Source of the DNA: Chara braunii
Lineage: Eukaryota; Plantae; Charophyceae
Direction of reading: 5' to 3'
Assembly (NCBI GenBank): GCA_003427395.1
Contig: BFEA01000024.1
Span: forward strand, 1,379,400 to 1,443,399
Length of the DNA stretch: 64,000 nt
Position numbers and translations under genes: made by a program. The notes beneath the pieces are model-generated. The model was not told the origin of the DNA. It did not search any database and worked only from the letters and a program-made list of their open reading frames with translations. Positions 63,330 through 64,000 of this stretch are shown here, one piece after another; within the stretch, counting starts at the first letter, position 1, and each line of letters begins with the position of its first letter.

Positions 63330-63792
63330 CTAGGCTACCAGCCGGGCCGCCCGGGTCCCGGGTGGCCAGCCCGTGCAAGGACCAGGGAAGGTCCCAACAG
63401 AAAAAAAAAAAGCAAGAACAAATTCCAAGAACTCCAAAAACTCCAGCGGCCTAGCTCAGTTGGTAAGGCACGCAAGTGGCATTCAGGAGGTCTTGGGCTT
63501 AATCCCCATTGGCCTCATATACCTTCCTGGGCATGCTTGGCGCCCGCCACCTAGAGATAACCTGTTGGTCCCCCCAATTCACAGCCCGTCAGGGTTGCGT
63601 TTTCCGCCCCGGAGACATTTCAACGTCAATTCGCAGCCCATCAGGGATGCGCTTTCCCCCCCTGAGACATTCAACGTTCAACGTCAAATTTCAACGTGGT
63701 GGTTGTCGGGAGGGTGGTCATTTTTTGGTTTTGGGGCCTTGCAAGGGCCAGGACCGCGTAGGACCGGTAGCTGCGCGGTCCAGGACCGGTAG
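63330..63792 (+). mobile_element. Non-autonomous element with CTAG start, tRNA-Ala-like head and ~52-bp tandem repeat
   Basis: Left end shared with 6781-6889 (inverted). 63442-63579 matches 4880-5010 (inverted). Duplicated CAGCCC.TCAGGG.TGCG..TTCC..GAGACATT. Right end approximate (GGTCC..CCGGTAG). Confidence 0.6.
63446..63517 (+). pseudogene. tRNA-derived (tRNA-Ala GGC-like) head, second copy
   Basis: GCGGCCTAGCTCAGTTGGTAAGGCACGCAAGTGGCATTCAGGAGGTCTTGGGCTTAATCCCCATTGGCCTCA. B-box is mutated. Confidence 0.75.
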
Positions 63793-64000
63793 TAGGAGGC
63801 CGAGGAGGCCGCAGTCCTTTTTCGAAATTGAAACGGTGCGGGTAGTCCTTTTTCGAAATTGAAACGGTGCAGGTCCTACTTGTATTCGAATACAACCTGT
63901 ACTGCACCCTTTCTATTCGGATTTCGAAAAGAAAAAACTCTTGTATTCCGATAAAATTACTTCTTCTTTTTGTTGGAGGTCAGCGCCTGCCCTTGTGCTC

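Noticed and set aside
63446-63517. Functional tRNA-Ala gene (also 4935-5006)
   Set aside because: Anticodon and acceptor stems mispair, the T-loop is mutated, and the sequence is embedded in a repeat.

Overview
Repeat-dense eukaryotic nuclear window with six N-gaps. The plastid-import gene, the plant-type mitochondrial rRNA scrap and the TE mix point to a streptophyte, plausibly a charophyte such as Chara (inference). Only one host gene is recognisable: TOC75 on the minus strand (59937-62649). Its CDS has no introns, and its reading frame breaks inside the poly-G/poly-glycine tract, probably an assembly error. The rest is a nested stack of decayed TEs, much of which I could resolve from termini and target-site duplications (TSDs). 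It includes three chromodomain Ty3/Gypsy elements (one ~21 kb element splits another's integrase), hAT non-autonomous elements with 8-bp TSDs, a 316-bp foldback MITE inside an LTR, PIF/Harbinger transposase and Myb/SANT pseudogenes, and L1 fragments. Most notable oddities: (i) CTAG-ended elements carrying a head that resembles bacterial-type tRNA-Ala(GGC), one with convergent tRNA A-boxes around a minisatellite; (ii) an unidentified spliced ORF divergent from a Harbinger transposase; (iii) a mitochondrial SSU rRNA NUMT; (iv) a Nextera mate-pair junction adapter assembled into the contig. I cannot demonstrate a new multi-gene system from the sequence alone.
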